Of a DNA stretch of 64,000 nucleotides, positions 47,280 through 57,047 are shown piece by piece. Each line of letters opens with the position of its first letter. Position 1 is the first letter of the stretch. Source of the stretch: Deltaproteobacteria bacterium (GTDB lineage: Bacteria; Myxococcota_A; UBA9160; UBA4427); the NCBI GenBank assembly GCA_002691205.1, contig NZHD01000020.1:1615-65614 (forward strand), in the 5' to 3' direction. Both the position numbers and the translations under genes were made by a program. The notes beneath the pieces were generated by a model, which saw nothing but the letters and a program-made list of their open reading frames with translations, searched no databases and was not told the origin of the DNA.

Positions 47280-48230
47280 TCAGGTCTCAAGAAACGATCG
47301 GGCCAAATCGACATCGTGGCCAATCTGTTCCTTTAAGGCCTCTATCGATTCGAACTTACGCTCCTCCCGGAGCTGTTTGACAAAGCGCAAATCTACCTGG
47401 GCACCATACAGATCACCCGAAAAGTCAAGGAGATGAGCTTCGGCCACTAAGTCTCGACCATCATTGAAGGTGGGTCGATACCCAACATTTGTCACCGCTC
47501 CGAAACGATCTCCCACGCGAACGCCCCCCGAATCCGTCAAAAACTCGATCTCACAGACGTATACACCCGGCCCCGGAAGAATCTCGTTTTCAGGGGCCAG
47601 ATTCGCAGTGGGAAAGCCTATTTCGCGGCCGCGACGCATTCCCTGCACAACCTCACCACGAACACCAAAGGGCCGCCCGAGCAGCGATGCGGCCTCTTCC
47701 ACTCGCCCCTCTGAAAGTAGAGACCGAATGCGCGTAGAGTTCAAGTCTTCCCCATCGACTTTCACCTCTGGAATGATCGTGACTGAAAAACCCAACTGAG
47801 GCCCAGTCTCGGTGAGCAGACGCATGCTTCCTTCGCGATCACGACCGAAGTGAAAATCGTACCCTACATAGACTTCGATGGGCTTAATCGGCTCGTAGAT
47901 GTAATCGCGAACAAACGTCTCGGGTGGAGTTCTCGCGAAGGCCATATCAAAATGCTCAACTATCAGCACATCAATGCCTGCCTTCTCTAGAAATTCAAAT
48001 TTCTGCGCGGGGGTGGCCAGAAGGCGAGGAGATCTGTCGGGATGAAGAACCTTTCTGGGATGAGGCTCAAAGGTGTACAATACGGATTCGCCTTGAACAG
48101 CACGCGACCTCTCGATCACCTTCTCCAGAATGGCAGCATGCCCTCGATGGACACCGTCAAAATTACCAATCGTCAGAACCGGACTTGAGAGCGTCCGGGA
48201 AAGCGCCCCCACCCCTTTAACCAACTCCAA
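47280..48230 (-). CDS. ribF: Bifunctional riboflavin kinase / FAD synthetase
   Basis: IGNFDGVHRGH, TFEPHP, NSTRIR, GFPTAN, NVGYRPT, LREERKF. Confidence 0.96.
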   Translation of the reverse strand: MELVKGVGALSRTLSSPVLTIGNFDGVHRGHAAILEKVIERSRAVQGESVLYTFEPHPRKVLHPDRSPRLLATPAQKFEFLEKAGIDVLIVEHFDMAFARTPPETFVRDYIYEPIKPIEVYVGYDFHFGRDREGSMRLLTETGPQLGFSVTIIPEVKVDGEDLNSTRIRSLLSEGRVEEAASLLGRPFGVRGEVVQGMRRGREIGFPTANLAPENEILPGPGVYVCEIEFLTDSGGVRVGDRFGAVTNVGYRPTFNDGRDLVAEAHLLDFSGDLYGAQVDLRFVKQLREERKFESIEALKEQIGHDVDLARSFLET

Positions 48231-48247
48231 TGCTAGACTCCCGCGCA

Positions 48248-49348
48248 GTGCCTACGCTTTTCAGATATTTCATCGTACGCTACCTAAAATTCTTTGTAGC
48301 GATTCTAACGATCTTGCTCCTGACGATCACCCTCGTGGAGACATTCGTCAACTTCGAGCGATCATTCACGCCCCAAGGCAGCCAATTAAGCCTTTGGCGC
48401 TACCTCATCATCCGAGTCCCATCCTATTACCTGCGGGACCTCATCCCCGTTTCCGCTTTCGTGGCCTGCCTCTATTCCTTAGCGACCTGCGTTCAGCGTT
48501 CAGAATGGACCACAATGCAGACCGCGGGCATCTCTGCGGGTGCCATCCTACGCCCCATAATGGCTGGGGGCATCATAGTCGCTCTCTTTCTGATCGTTCT
48601 AAGCGAAACATTGCTTCCTCAACTTTTTTCTGACTATTCTGCCGTTCGTGAAAAAAGTGTCGATGAGTTGACATTTTCAGATGGAAATATTTGGCATGCC
48701 AATGGCCAAGATATTTACCGGATCAGAAGCTCAGACATTAAAACCCGGACACTCAAACGAGTCGTCATTTATCAACGAAACCAAGCAGGAAGACTCACCA
48801 GCGTGATTCGCGCTCCATTAGTCCAAGTCCAATCCGATGGTAGTTGGACTTCAAAGAACGCCAACATTCGCAGATTTGACCCCGAACATCCAGAGGAACC
48901 GGCTCAGGTTGACCTCAATGTTGAAGTCAAACTGCCAGGCCTAACGGAGACTTCTCCGTTTATTCTCTTGAGCAAGCCACAGAGCCTCACCTTGCCGCAA
49001 ATGCTCGAGTATGTAATCAAAGAGAGATCCGATACACGCTCTCGGCTAAAAGCAAAACTTCACCGCATGGTCATGTTCATTCATTTTCGATTAAGCGAGT
49101 TCATACTCATTCTTCTACTCACACTCGTCGCCGTCCCATTCGCACTGAGAGTCACTCCCGGGGGCAGCATTACCCAAATTTCCATCTGGGCTCTTCTCAC
49201 GTTGGCCAGCCTTCTTTTCTTGCGCAATTTAGGGCAAGAACTCAGCCTAGAAGGAATCCTCGGACCCTTCGCCGGAAATTGGGCTCTGCCTCTACTCTCT
49301 GCGAGCGCCGCTCTCCTGGCGATCTCTCGAAGCAGTCGACCGGTTTAG
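48248..49348 (+). CDS. LptF/LptG-family LPS export permease (LptG-like)
   Basis: TLFRYF start, 3+3 TM helices around a periplasmic beta region, SEWTTMQTAGIS motif. Confidence 0.85.
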   Translation: MPTLFRYFIVRYLKFFVAILTILLLTITLVETFVNFERSFTPQGSQLSLWRYLIIRVPSYYLRDLIPVSAFVACLYSLATCVQRSEWTTMQTAGISAGAILRPIMAGGIIVALFLIVLSETLLPQLFSDYSAVREKSVDELTFSDGNIWHANGQDIYRIRSSDIKTRTLKRVVIYQRNQAGRLTSVIRAPLVQVQSDGSWTSKNANIRRFDPEHPEEPAQVDLNVEVKLPGLTETSPFILLSKPQSLTLPQMLEYVIKERSDTRSRLKAKLHRMVMFIHFRLSEFILILLLTLVAVPFALRVTPGGSITQISIWALLTLASLLFLRNLGQELSLEGILGPFAGNWALPLLSASAALLAISRSSRPV

Positions 49349-49394
49349 CGTATTCGGACTCGACTCTGCGAGTCCACCCAAATCGCCCGAGCGC

Positions 49395-50354
49395 TTACGG
49401 CCCCTCTGACATCAAAGGCTCTTCTGCTGCTTCTGGAAGCTGAACATCGGCCGCCGGCACCTCAAGGCGAGCCTCTGGATCTGTATTCTGCCCATCATCA
49501 AGGTAACGATAGAAACTGTGATCAGGAGAAAGAACGAGGGTTGTTCGACGGCCGAGAGTCTTTCTGTATGCGCTTAAACTCCGTGTAAACGAATAAAATT
49601 CTCGATCTTGCATATAGGCATCCGAATAAATCGAGGCCGCCTCTGCATCGCCTGCCCCTCGCATGAGTTCAGCATCAGACGAAGCTTTCGCCAATATCGT
49701 CCGAGCCTGACCGTCTGCCTTCGCACGAATCTCTCTCGCTTCCCGCTCTCCCTTAGCCCGATGCTCTCTAGAGATCGCTCTTTGTTGTTCCCTCATCTGG
49801 TCATAGGCCGCGGAGCGCGCCTTTTCGGGCAACTCAGTTCGATTGATACGAACGTCTACGATCTGAACACCTTTGGCTCCCATATCTTCTCGAAGCTTTT
49901 GATCCAAATCATCGACTAGCCCTGAGCGAGAGAGCAACTCATTGAGCGTCATCCGGCCCACAGTCGCGCCTACGAGAGACTTGAGCCTTCTTTTAATAAT
50001 AAGGGCTGCCGCGTCTGCACCACCGGGAAAACTCCGCCGAAACAAGAGAGGATCCCCCATTCGCCAGACCGCGTAATAATCGATCTCAAGCCGCTCGCTT
50101 TCAATTTGCATCTCCACCGGCTCTGCGTCGAGGAAGTGCAATCGCTTGTCGAGCGTAATCATTTCCTCAACCAGCGGGATGCGCCAAGTGGGTCCCGGTT
50201 CGACGATGGGGTCTCGCCACGGCGAACCAAACAGCAATGGGATTTTGTCTTCCCACTCGTTCACAATCACGACAGGCCCCCATCCATATTGACCCGCCCA
50301 AAGCGTGCCCGCCGCGGTACCTAAGAGCAACAGAAGAAAAGACAGAAACTTCAT
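49395..50354 (-). CDS. hflC: FtsH modulator HflC
   Basis: SPFH domain, VDVRINRTELP, GDAEAASIYSDAY, EFYSFTRSLSAY. Confidence 0.88.
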   Translation of the reverse strand: MKFLSFLLLLLGTAAGTLWAGQYGWGPVVIVNEWEDKIPLLFGSPWRDPIVEPGPTWRIPLVEEMITLDKRLHFLDAEPVEMQIESERLEIDYYAVWRMGDPLLFRRSFPGGADAAALIIKRRLKSLVGATVGRMTLNELLSRSGLVDDLDQKLREDMGAKGVQIVDVRINRTELPEKARSAAYDQMREQQRAISREHRAKGEREAREIRAKADGQARTILAKASSDAELMRGAGDAEAASIYSDAYMQDREFYSFTRSLSAYRKTLGRRTTLVLSPDHSFYRYLDDGQNTDPEARLEVPAADVQLPEAAEEPLMSEGP

Positions 50355-51412
50355 TTTCCTTCTCCTTCGCCCAGCGAAGCCGAAGGACCTGCCATGGCCG
50401 GTTTCGCGCCCCCGTTCTGTAAAGCGCCCGCACTCTGAACCGCACCGGAGGACCAAATTGGAAGCACTTCGACCAAACCCGGCTGCACAATGACTTTTTC
50501 GGTGTCAGGCAAGATTTGCTCCATCGTCTCCAAGTAAAGCCTCTCTCGAGTCACTCGGGGCGAGCGATGATACTCGGCCAATAGAGCAACGAAGCGTCCC
50601 GCTCCTCCCTTAGCCTCCAACACAATCGATTGCTTATAGGCTTCGGCTTTTTCTCGAAGCTCAGAAGCCTTCGCCCTCGCCCCTTCAACAATTTCCGCCC
50701 GAGCGCCCCTGGCTTCGTTCACAAAGCGCTCCTCATCCTGCTGAGCAGCCGCCACCTCTGCAAAAGCCGCCAGAACACTCTCAGGGGGGTTCACCTCTTG
50801 AAGATTAATCTTCTCGATCGCAAAGGGCTGAACATCTGGCGATGCAGCGAAGTATGCATCCATCGTCTGTTCAAGAAGACCCTCGGCCTGGGTCTCAATC
50901 TCGTTCTTCCGCTTGATAAGGACTTCGTTAATGGTCATGCCCCCAATCACATTACGGACAGCAGCTAGGGTGGCATCGAAAAGAATGGGGTCTGGATCCA
51001 CCATCCCGTACACGAACTCGTATGGATCACCCACGGTATACTGAAGCTCAAAAGTGACGCTCACAATATTCTTGTCCGCTGTCTGGATAAAAATCCCCCG
51101 ATTCCCATCATCCGCGGAATTTTTTTTCTGACCAAAGAAATGCGTTCGCTGCTTCTGTGTATTCACCGCCTTGTCATACTCTAGAGGCTCAGGCCAATGC
51201 CAGTTCCAGCCCTCTCGCGTAACGGTTTCCTGATGTTCACCTAGGCGAAGAATAATTGCTTCCTCACCCAGTTGCAGTTTATAGAGACCCGTGCTGAACC
51301 ATCCCAAGATGACGGCAACGGCCAACAAAACTAGAAATCCTCGCGTAAGCCGACGCGTAACACCTCGTCCCACACGCTTTTCTGAAGGTCCGTCCGAAGA
51401 TGAATTCGCCAA
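50351..51412 (-). CDS. hflK: FtsH modulator HflK
   Basis: GWNWHWP, TADKNIV, NPPESV, AQQDEER, VTRERLYLETME. Confidence 0.9.
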   Translation of the reverse strand: MANSSSDGPSEKRVGRGVTRRLTRGFLVLLAVAVILGWFSTGLYKLQLGEEAIILRLGEHQETVTREGWNWHWPEPLEYDKAVNTQKQRTHFFGQKKNSADDGNRGIFIQTADKNIVSVTFELQYTVGDPYEFVYGMVDPDPILFDATLAAVRNVIGGMTINEVLIKRKNEIETQAEGLLEQTMDAYFAASPDVQPFAIEKINLQEVNPPESVLAAFAEVAAAQQDEERFVNEARGARAEIVEGARAKASELREKAEAYKQSIVLEAKGGAGRFVALLAEYHRSPRVTRERLYLETMEQILPDTEKVIVQPGLVEVLPIWSSGAVQSAGALQNGGAKPAMAGPSASLGEGEGK

Positions 51413-52219
51413 CTAGCTTTCCTCTTTTTCATCCGCGAGCGGCTCGACGGTTACTTTGGGAGAGGGCAACCCCAGAGAATCACTCTCTGAAAAAGCTTTC
51501 ATAAATTCGATGGGAAAAGGGAAAATCGTAGTCGAACTATTTGTGCCTGCAATCTCACCCAAGGTTTGAAGGTACCTAAGCTGAAGCCCCGCACTCTCGC
51601 TTGAAAGGGTCCGCGCCGCATCAGCCAAACGTTGCGCGGCCAAGAGCTCACCCTCGGCCAACGTGACCTTGGATCGCTTCTCACGTTCCGCCTCGGCCTG
51701 CTTGGCCATCACACGTTGCATATCCTGAGGCAAATCGATTTGTTTCACCTCCACCGCACGTACCTTCACGCCCCACGGCTCCGTCTGGAGATCGATAATT
51801 TCTTGAAGCTTTTGATTAATCCGCTCGCGTTCCGCCAGCAAATCATCGAGCTCAGCCTGTCCGCATACACTTCGAAGAGTGGTCTGAGCAAGCTGAGAGG
51901 TTCCATACAAGTAATTTTCGACCTGAATGACAGACTTCTCGGGGTGGATCACCCGAAAGTACAGGACCGCGTTCACCTTGACTGAAACGTTATCTCGAGT
52001 GATGACCTCCTGAGAGGGCACGTCCATAACAATCTCACGCAAACCGATTCGAACCATCCGATCCACTCCGGGAATGATCCAGCGCAAGCCAGCTTCCCGG
52101 ATCCCCGCGAAACGACCCAACCGGAAGAGAACTCCTCTCTCATACTCCGGAAGAATCCGAACGCCTGCAATTAAGAGCGCAAGAATCACTCCGAGACCTA
52201 TCAACAAAAACATGGACAT
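51413..52219 (-). CDS. Slipin / stomatin-like SPFH protein
   Basis: EYERGVLFRLGR, QEVITRDNV, AQTTLRSV, QAEAEREKR, QLRYLQTL. Confidence 0.92.
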   Translation of the reverse strand: MSMFLLIGLGVILALLIAGVRILPEYERGVLFRLGRFAGIREAGLRWIIPGVDRMVRIGLREIVMDVPSQEVITRDNVSVKVNAVLYFRVIHPEKSVIQVENYLYGTSQLAQTTLRSVCGQAELDDLLAERERINQKLQEIIDLQTEPWGVKVRAVEVKQIDLPQDMQRVMAKQAEAEREKRSKVTLAEGELLAAQRLADAARTLSSESAGLQLRYLQTLGEIAGTNSSTTIFPFPIEFMKAFSESDSLGLPSPKVTVEPLADEKEES

Positions 52220-52249
52220 CTCCTCAAATGGGCCCGAAGGCCCTCGCCA

Positions 52250-53635
52250 TTAAACAGAACCGGGCACTCTTCGCACCACAAGCTTAAGACCTTCCACCGC
52301 GAGCACCTCGACTGAGTCACCCTCAGAAACCGACTCATCCGTGCGGGCGTTCCAATACTCTCCCCGGATAAAGACTTTCCCGACCGAACCAGAGGAAATA
52401 GATGTGGTCGCTTTCCCCAGCGAGCCCACCAGTTCATCCACGCCCGACTGCTGATCCGACAACAGAGTTCGCCCCACTGCAAAGACAACAATGGCCGAGA
52501 ACGCGCCGAGAGCCAGAACCGTTGGAAACAACACTGACCAAAACGAAACCGTGAGATCACTCAACTCAGGCTGTTCAAAAACCATCGTTCCCCCAAGAAG
52601 AAAGCACCCGATCCCGGCCGCAAAAAGCAAGCCAAAGGAGGTAATGAACACCTCCGCAATCAAAAGCCCCAACCCAACAATCATCAGCAGGAGCCCAACC
52701 CAGTCGAAAGGAAGAATCTGGAGCGCGAATCCAGTCAAAACCAAACAGACCGCTCCCGCGACTCCAGGCACGATCAAACCTGGATTATTGAACTCGATGT
52801 AGAGGCCCATCAAACCCGCGAGCAATAAAATCACAGCGACATTGGGGTCCGCTAGGAAATTAAAGATGCTCTGCAAAAGTGTCATCTCGAGGGGCTTCAC
52901 CGTTGCTCCCTCTACCTCCAGTATCACAGACCCGCTGGCAATCTCGACCTCTCGACCGTTAATCGCCTCTAGCAGGGCCTCTCGGTCAGGCGCAATCAAA
53001 TCAATGACACCGATCTCGAGCGCCTCATCAGCCCCTACAGCCACTGAATTCCGAACCGCGTCCACCACCCATTCCACATTCCGGTCGCGATGCTTGGCGA
53101 TGGACTCGACGTAGGAAGCCAACAAATTCTCGGCCTTCTCCATTGAAATATCTCGCCCCCCACTCGACTCACCTTCTTCGTCTTCTTTGCCACCACCGCC
53201 GCTGCCTCCGCTGCCCCCAAGGCCAACCGGATGAGCGGCCCCGATCGAACTTCCGGGCGTCATCACGGCTACATTCGCTGCGATCGTGATGAACATCCCC
53301 GCTGAAGCAGCCCAAGCGCCTCGAGGGGTGACGTACACAATCGTAGGCACTTCGGCATTCAGCATGGCCTTGATGATGTCTTGACTCGAGGAAACCAATC
53401 CCCCGGGCGTATCCAATTCGATGAGAAGAGCCACCGCTCCGTCTTCCTCACTCGCCTCAATGGCTTGGATCAGGAAATCGGCAGATGCAGGATTAATCGA
53501 ACCGTCGATGGTGATCATGTTGATGTGCCCAGAAGCACGCCCCTCACCCACGGCTCCAGAGATAAATAGCAAGGGCACCAAAACGATCGCCCACCAGAAT
53601 GAATTTAACTTCACACACCTTATGGCATCGATCAT
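52250..53635 (-). CDS. nfeD: Long-form NfeD membrane protease
   Basis: LDTPGG, AASAG, IGAAHPV, TM bundle, C-terminal GEYWNA OB-fold. Confidence 0.9.
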   Translation of the reverse strand: MIDAIRCVKLNSFWWAIVLVPLLFISGAVGEGRASGHINMITIDGSINPASADFLIQAIEASEEDGAVALLIELDTPGGLVSSSQDIIKAMLNAEVPTIVYVTPRGAWAASAGMFITIAANVAVMTPGSSIGAAHPVGLGGSGGSGGGGKEDEEGESSGGRDISMEKAENLLASYVESIAKHRDRNVEWVVDAVRNSVAVGADEALEIGVIDLIAPDREALLEAINGREVEIASGSVILEVEGATVKPLEMTLLQSIFNFLADPNVAVILLLAGLMGLYIEFNNPGLIVPGVAGAVCLVLTGFALQILPFDWVGLLLMIVGLGLLIAEVFITSFGLLFAAGIGCFLLGGTMVFEQPELSDLTVSFWSVLFPTVLALGAFSAIVVFAVGRTLLSDQQSGVDELVGSLGKATTSISSGSVGKVFIRGEYWNARTDESVSEGDSVEVLAVEGLKLVVRRVPGSV

Positions 53636-54846
53636 TCGAGCCTTTCTCCCTGCAACTTCTCAACTCGGTCCAAAATCTGTGAAGCAATCTCTTGTTTGCT
53701 GAGCAAGCCGGTTTCCTCAACCTCACCGTCGGGAGTGACGAAAAAGACAGCATTCGTATCCACGTCGAACCCCGCGTCGACCCGTGAAACATCATTCGCC
53801 ACCATTAAGTCACAGCCCTTACGCAGGATTTTTCGGCGAGCTTCTTCAACGACATTGTCGCTCTCCGCTGCAAAGCCCACGACCACTCGATCTTCCTTCA
53901 GACCGCACACCTCGCTCAAAATATCTGGCGTCGTCACAAGACGTAGAACCAGCGAAGATTGATCCGCCAATCCTTCCTTCTTAATTTTTCCTTCTTCAAC
54001 GATTTCGGGCGTAAAGTCCGCCACCGCCGCTGCTTTAATGACTATCGTGGCCCCTGCCAGTTCCGCCAGTACTGCGTCCCGCATTTCGGCAGCAGACTCA
54101 ACGTCAAGCCGAACGACTCCGGCTGGCGTCGTTAACGAGGTCACCCCAGCAACGAGAATCACTCGTGCGCCACGCCGAGCCGCTTGCTCCGCAACGGCAA
54201 AACCCATTTTTCCCGATGAACGATTCGTAATCCTACGAACCGGATCGATGGCCTCGGCCGTGCCGCCCGCAGTCACCAAAACGGTGTGCCCCTGTAAGCT
54301 TTCGGTCCCAAGTCGAAGGCTCGCCGCCTCAGCAATGTCAGCAGGTTCAGACATGCGCCCTGCCCCCTCCCAGCCACAGGCCAATTCTCCACTTTCAGGC
54401 CCAATCACCAAAACGCCTCGCGAACGAAGCGTCTCTAAATTTTGTTGGGTGGCCGAATGCGTCCACATATTGACATTCATCGCTGGCGCCACCAAAACCT
54501 GAGCCCGAGTCGCGAGCAAGACCGCCGTCACCAAGTCATCGGCCAACCCATGAGCCATCTTGGCCAAAAGGTCTGCGGTCGCCGGCGCAACAATCACCAA
54601 GTCGGCCCAATCAGCTAATCGAATATGATCAATCTCACTTTCCTCAGAGGGATCAAAGAGAGCCGTTCTCACCGGTTCACCCGAGAGCGACTGAAGAGCA
54701 AGGGGACTCACAAAGCGAAGCGCTGCCGGCGTCGCGGCACAGCGGACCGCATGCCCTTGTTTTTGCAACGCACGTAAAAGTTCAGGGACTTTATAGGCAG
54801 CGATCCCTCCTCCAATCGTGAGTAGAATCCGAGCCGGCTCCATCAA
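53632..54846 (-). CDS. coaBC: Phosphopantothenoylcysteine decarboxylase / ligase
   Basis: GGIAAYK, APAMN, LACG, TNRSSGKMG, AAVAD, GFAAE. Confidence 0.96.
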   Translation of the reverse strand: MMEPARILLTIGGGIAAYKVPELLRALQKQGHAVRCAATPAALRFVSPLALQSLSGEPVRTALFDPSEESEIDHIRLADWADLVIVAPATADLLAKMAHGLADDLVTAVLLATRAQVLVAPAMNVNMWTHSATQQNLETLRSRGVLVIGPESGELACGWEGAGRMSEPADIAEAASLRLGTESLQGHTVLVTAGGTAEAIDPVRRITNRSSGKMGFAVAEQAARRGARVILVAGVTSLTTPAGVVRLDVESAAEMRDAVLAELAGATIVIKAAAVADFTPEIVEEGKIKKEGLADQSSLVLRLVTTPDILSEVCGLKEDRVVVGFAAESDNVVEEARRKILRKGCDLMVANDVSRVDAGFDVDTNAVFFVTPDGEVEETGLLSKQEIASQILDRVEKLQGERLE

Positions 54847-55112
54847 TCAGTTCCCTCCTCTTCTAACGCTCACCATCGACCTAGAACCCTTCGAAGTTCA
54901 GGCAGAAGGCACCCTGGGGCAGAATCCAGCTCAAAATTAAGAAGGACTACCGCATTCTAAGAGTAAACCTACCCCAGCCGCGTACCGGGAAGGTACAGAA
55001 CCCCCTCCAAGGGTCCAAGAAACGGCCTTTCGTCGTTCAAATGGCCCCTTACTCCCTCGGACCGTGGAGAAACGCCCCGCGAGTCGCATAGATCGAAACA
55101 GGAAGAACTGAA

Positions 55113-55616
55113 TCAGCCACTGCCCAGCTTAGCCTTGAGGCGTGCCTCGACAGGTTGGGGCACAAAATCTGCGACACTGGCCCCAAATCGGACCAGCTCT
55201 TTCAACCGAGAAGAACTCACATATAAATATTCCTGACTTGCCGCCAAGAACAAAATATCGACCATCGGTTCGAGGTGTCGATTCATAAGAGCCATCTCGA
55301 ACTCATACTCAAAATCACTCATGGCCCGTAAACCTCGAATAATTGCGCACGCTCCGATGTCACGTGCATAATCTACAACGAGGCCCTCAAAGCGCTCTAT
55401 CCTCACTCCCTCGTAATCACCAAGAACAGCCTCAAGCATTTCCATTCGTTCTTCTTCGCTGAACGTGCCTGTCTTCGACACATTGACCGCTAAGGCGACC
55501 ACGAGCTCATCAAACAACTTGACCGCACGGTCGATGAGATCCATGTGCCCATTGGTCAGTGGGTCAAAACTCGCGGGAAATAGCGCGACTCGCTTGCCTG
55601 ACACTTCATCGTTCAT
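55113..55616 (-). CDS. coaD: Pantetheine-phosphate adenylyltransferase
   Basis: SFDPLTNGH, RGLRAMSDFEYE, VSSS. Confidence 0.96.
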   Translation of the reverse strand: MNDEVSGKRVALFPASFDPLTNGHMDLIDRAVKLFDELVVALAVNVSKTGTFSEEERMEMLEAVLGDYEGVRIERFEGLVVDYARDIGACAIIRGLRAMSDFEYEFEMALMNRHLEPMVDILFLAASQEYLYVSSSRLKELVRFGASVADFVPQPVEARLKAKLGSG

Positions 55617-55620
55617 GATC

Positions 55621-56196
55621 TCACTGTTCCTCCTCATTTTCGCTCTCGGTCAGAGCATAGATCCAGCTGATTACGGTGTCACCGTAACGTCGAGCCTCTT
55701 CCAACCCAAACCCAGGAATAGGCCAAGCGAGGGGATTCCGCCGAGGGGTCTCCACTACCAAAATAGCCCCGGGCGCCAAGAGTCCCGAGTCTCGCAAAGC
55801 CACGAGCGCCTCTTCAAGCGCTGAGCCCTCGGCATAGGGAGGATCGAGAAAAACGAGACTAAAGAGTTGCCCCTCGCCCGAGAGTCGGCGTATCGCCGCC
55901 AAGGCGGTCAAATGCAGCGTTCGCGCTTCAGAGGCAAGCCCAAATTGCTCAAAAGTTTGCTCCATCGCTGCGATGGCTTTTCGGGAATGGTCAACACTCA
56001 CCAGAGACTCTGCCCCTCGGGAAAGCGCCTCGATTCCTAAAGCACCGGTCCCCGCAAAAAGGTCGAGAACCGATTCCCCCGACAGATCTCCCAAGCGTGA
56101 GAAGAGAGACTCACGCACTCGATCCGAGGTGGGCCGTACCCCCTCGACGGGCGAACCGAGTTTTCGGCCCCGCAATGTACCCGCCACGATTCGCAT
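55621..56196 (-). CDS. rsmD: 16S rRNA m2G966 methyltransferase
   Basis: MRIVAG, RPTSDRVRE, DLFAGTG, DPPY. Confidence 0.95.
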   Translation of the reverse strand: MRIVAGTLRGRKLGSPVEGVRPTSDRVRESLFSRLGDLSGESVLDLFAGTGALGIEALSRGAESLVSVDHSRKAIAAMEQTFEQFGLASEARTLHLTALAAIRRLSGEGQLFSLVFLDPPYAEGSALEEALVALRDSGLLAPGAILVVETPRRNPLAWPIPGFGLEEARRYGDTVISWIYALTESENEEEQ

Positions 56197-56529
56197 GACT
56201 CTCACCTCGCTAAATACAGACACCACTTCGCTGACGAGAACACACAAGTATGTTCACACCGTATCAGCGCGTGGTCTTTTATCTCACGACCCCGACCCTT
56301 TCGTCTAACTCGTCTTGAGCAGATACAAGTTAGAGAAGTTCACAAGAAAGGGATAGTTCCTAGGCCATAAAGTTAAGAGGGGTGTGGCAAAAATCCTTCC
56401 CGTATCACCCCACGATCGCACACTGACCGTCACATTATAGTGTTATCGTTATCTCTAATTCCTAAAAAATGTACGCCCAACAAGGTTGCCGAGCCTGCGT
56501 CCACTTCTTACAATGGGTCCGTAGCTAGA

Positions 56530-56558
56530 AAACATGAATTCATAGGTGATTCATGTTT
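56530..56558. promoter_or_regulatory. 10-bp perfect inverted repeat, operator-like
   Basis: AAACATGAAT-N9-ATTCATGTTT in the AT-rich divergent intergenic region. Confidence 0.45.
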
Positions 56559-56778
56559 CAAAGGCTTCTATTCGCCTTGCACCGTCCGCGATCACAACTC
56601 CTTGAAAGATGTGACCTTTATACCCTAGAGACACCAGGACAGAGCACCTCCGAGATTCAACGTTAAAGCGATCGAGCCAACTTCTCTTTAATAATGAAAA
56701 TCGAAATCAAAAAATCCCTTTCGGAACGTTCAAAAACCCAACTAAGGCGCCCGCCTTCCAGAAAGAGAGACAGCGAAT

Positions 56779-57018
56779 ATGAGTACAGCTTCAGTCCGAA
56801 GGCTTATCAAAAAATTACCCGCACGGCTCGCTGAAATCCGAGGAGAACGCTCACAACGACAGTTTGCTCGTGAGCTCGGCGTTTTCCAGCAGAACGTGAA
56901 TCGCTATGAAAACGGGACAACTCCCCATACAGACTTTCTCCTTACTCTGGCCACAAAAGAAAACATATCTTTAGACTGGCTACTGCTCGGAAAAGGTCGC
57001 ATGCGCCGCAGTCGCTAG
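56779..57018 (+). CDS. Small XRE-family HTH regulator
   Basis: SQRQFARELGV...VNRYENG...ISLDWLLLG. Confidence 0.85.
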   Translation: MSTASVRRLIKKLPARLAEIRGERSQRQFARELGVFQQNVNRYENGTTPHTDFLLTLATKENISLDWLLLGKGRMRRSR

Positions 57019-57047
57019 TGAATCGGCTTCTCGTAAAAACGCACTGA

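Noticed and set aside
56197-56778. Possible replication origin in the AT-rich gap
   Set aside because: No TTATCCACA-type DnaA boxes or origin-linked genes were seen.
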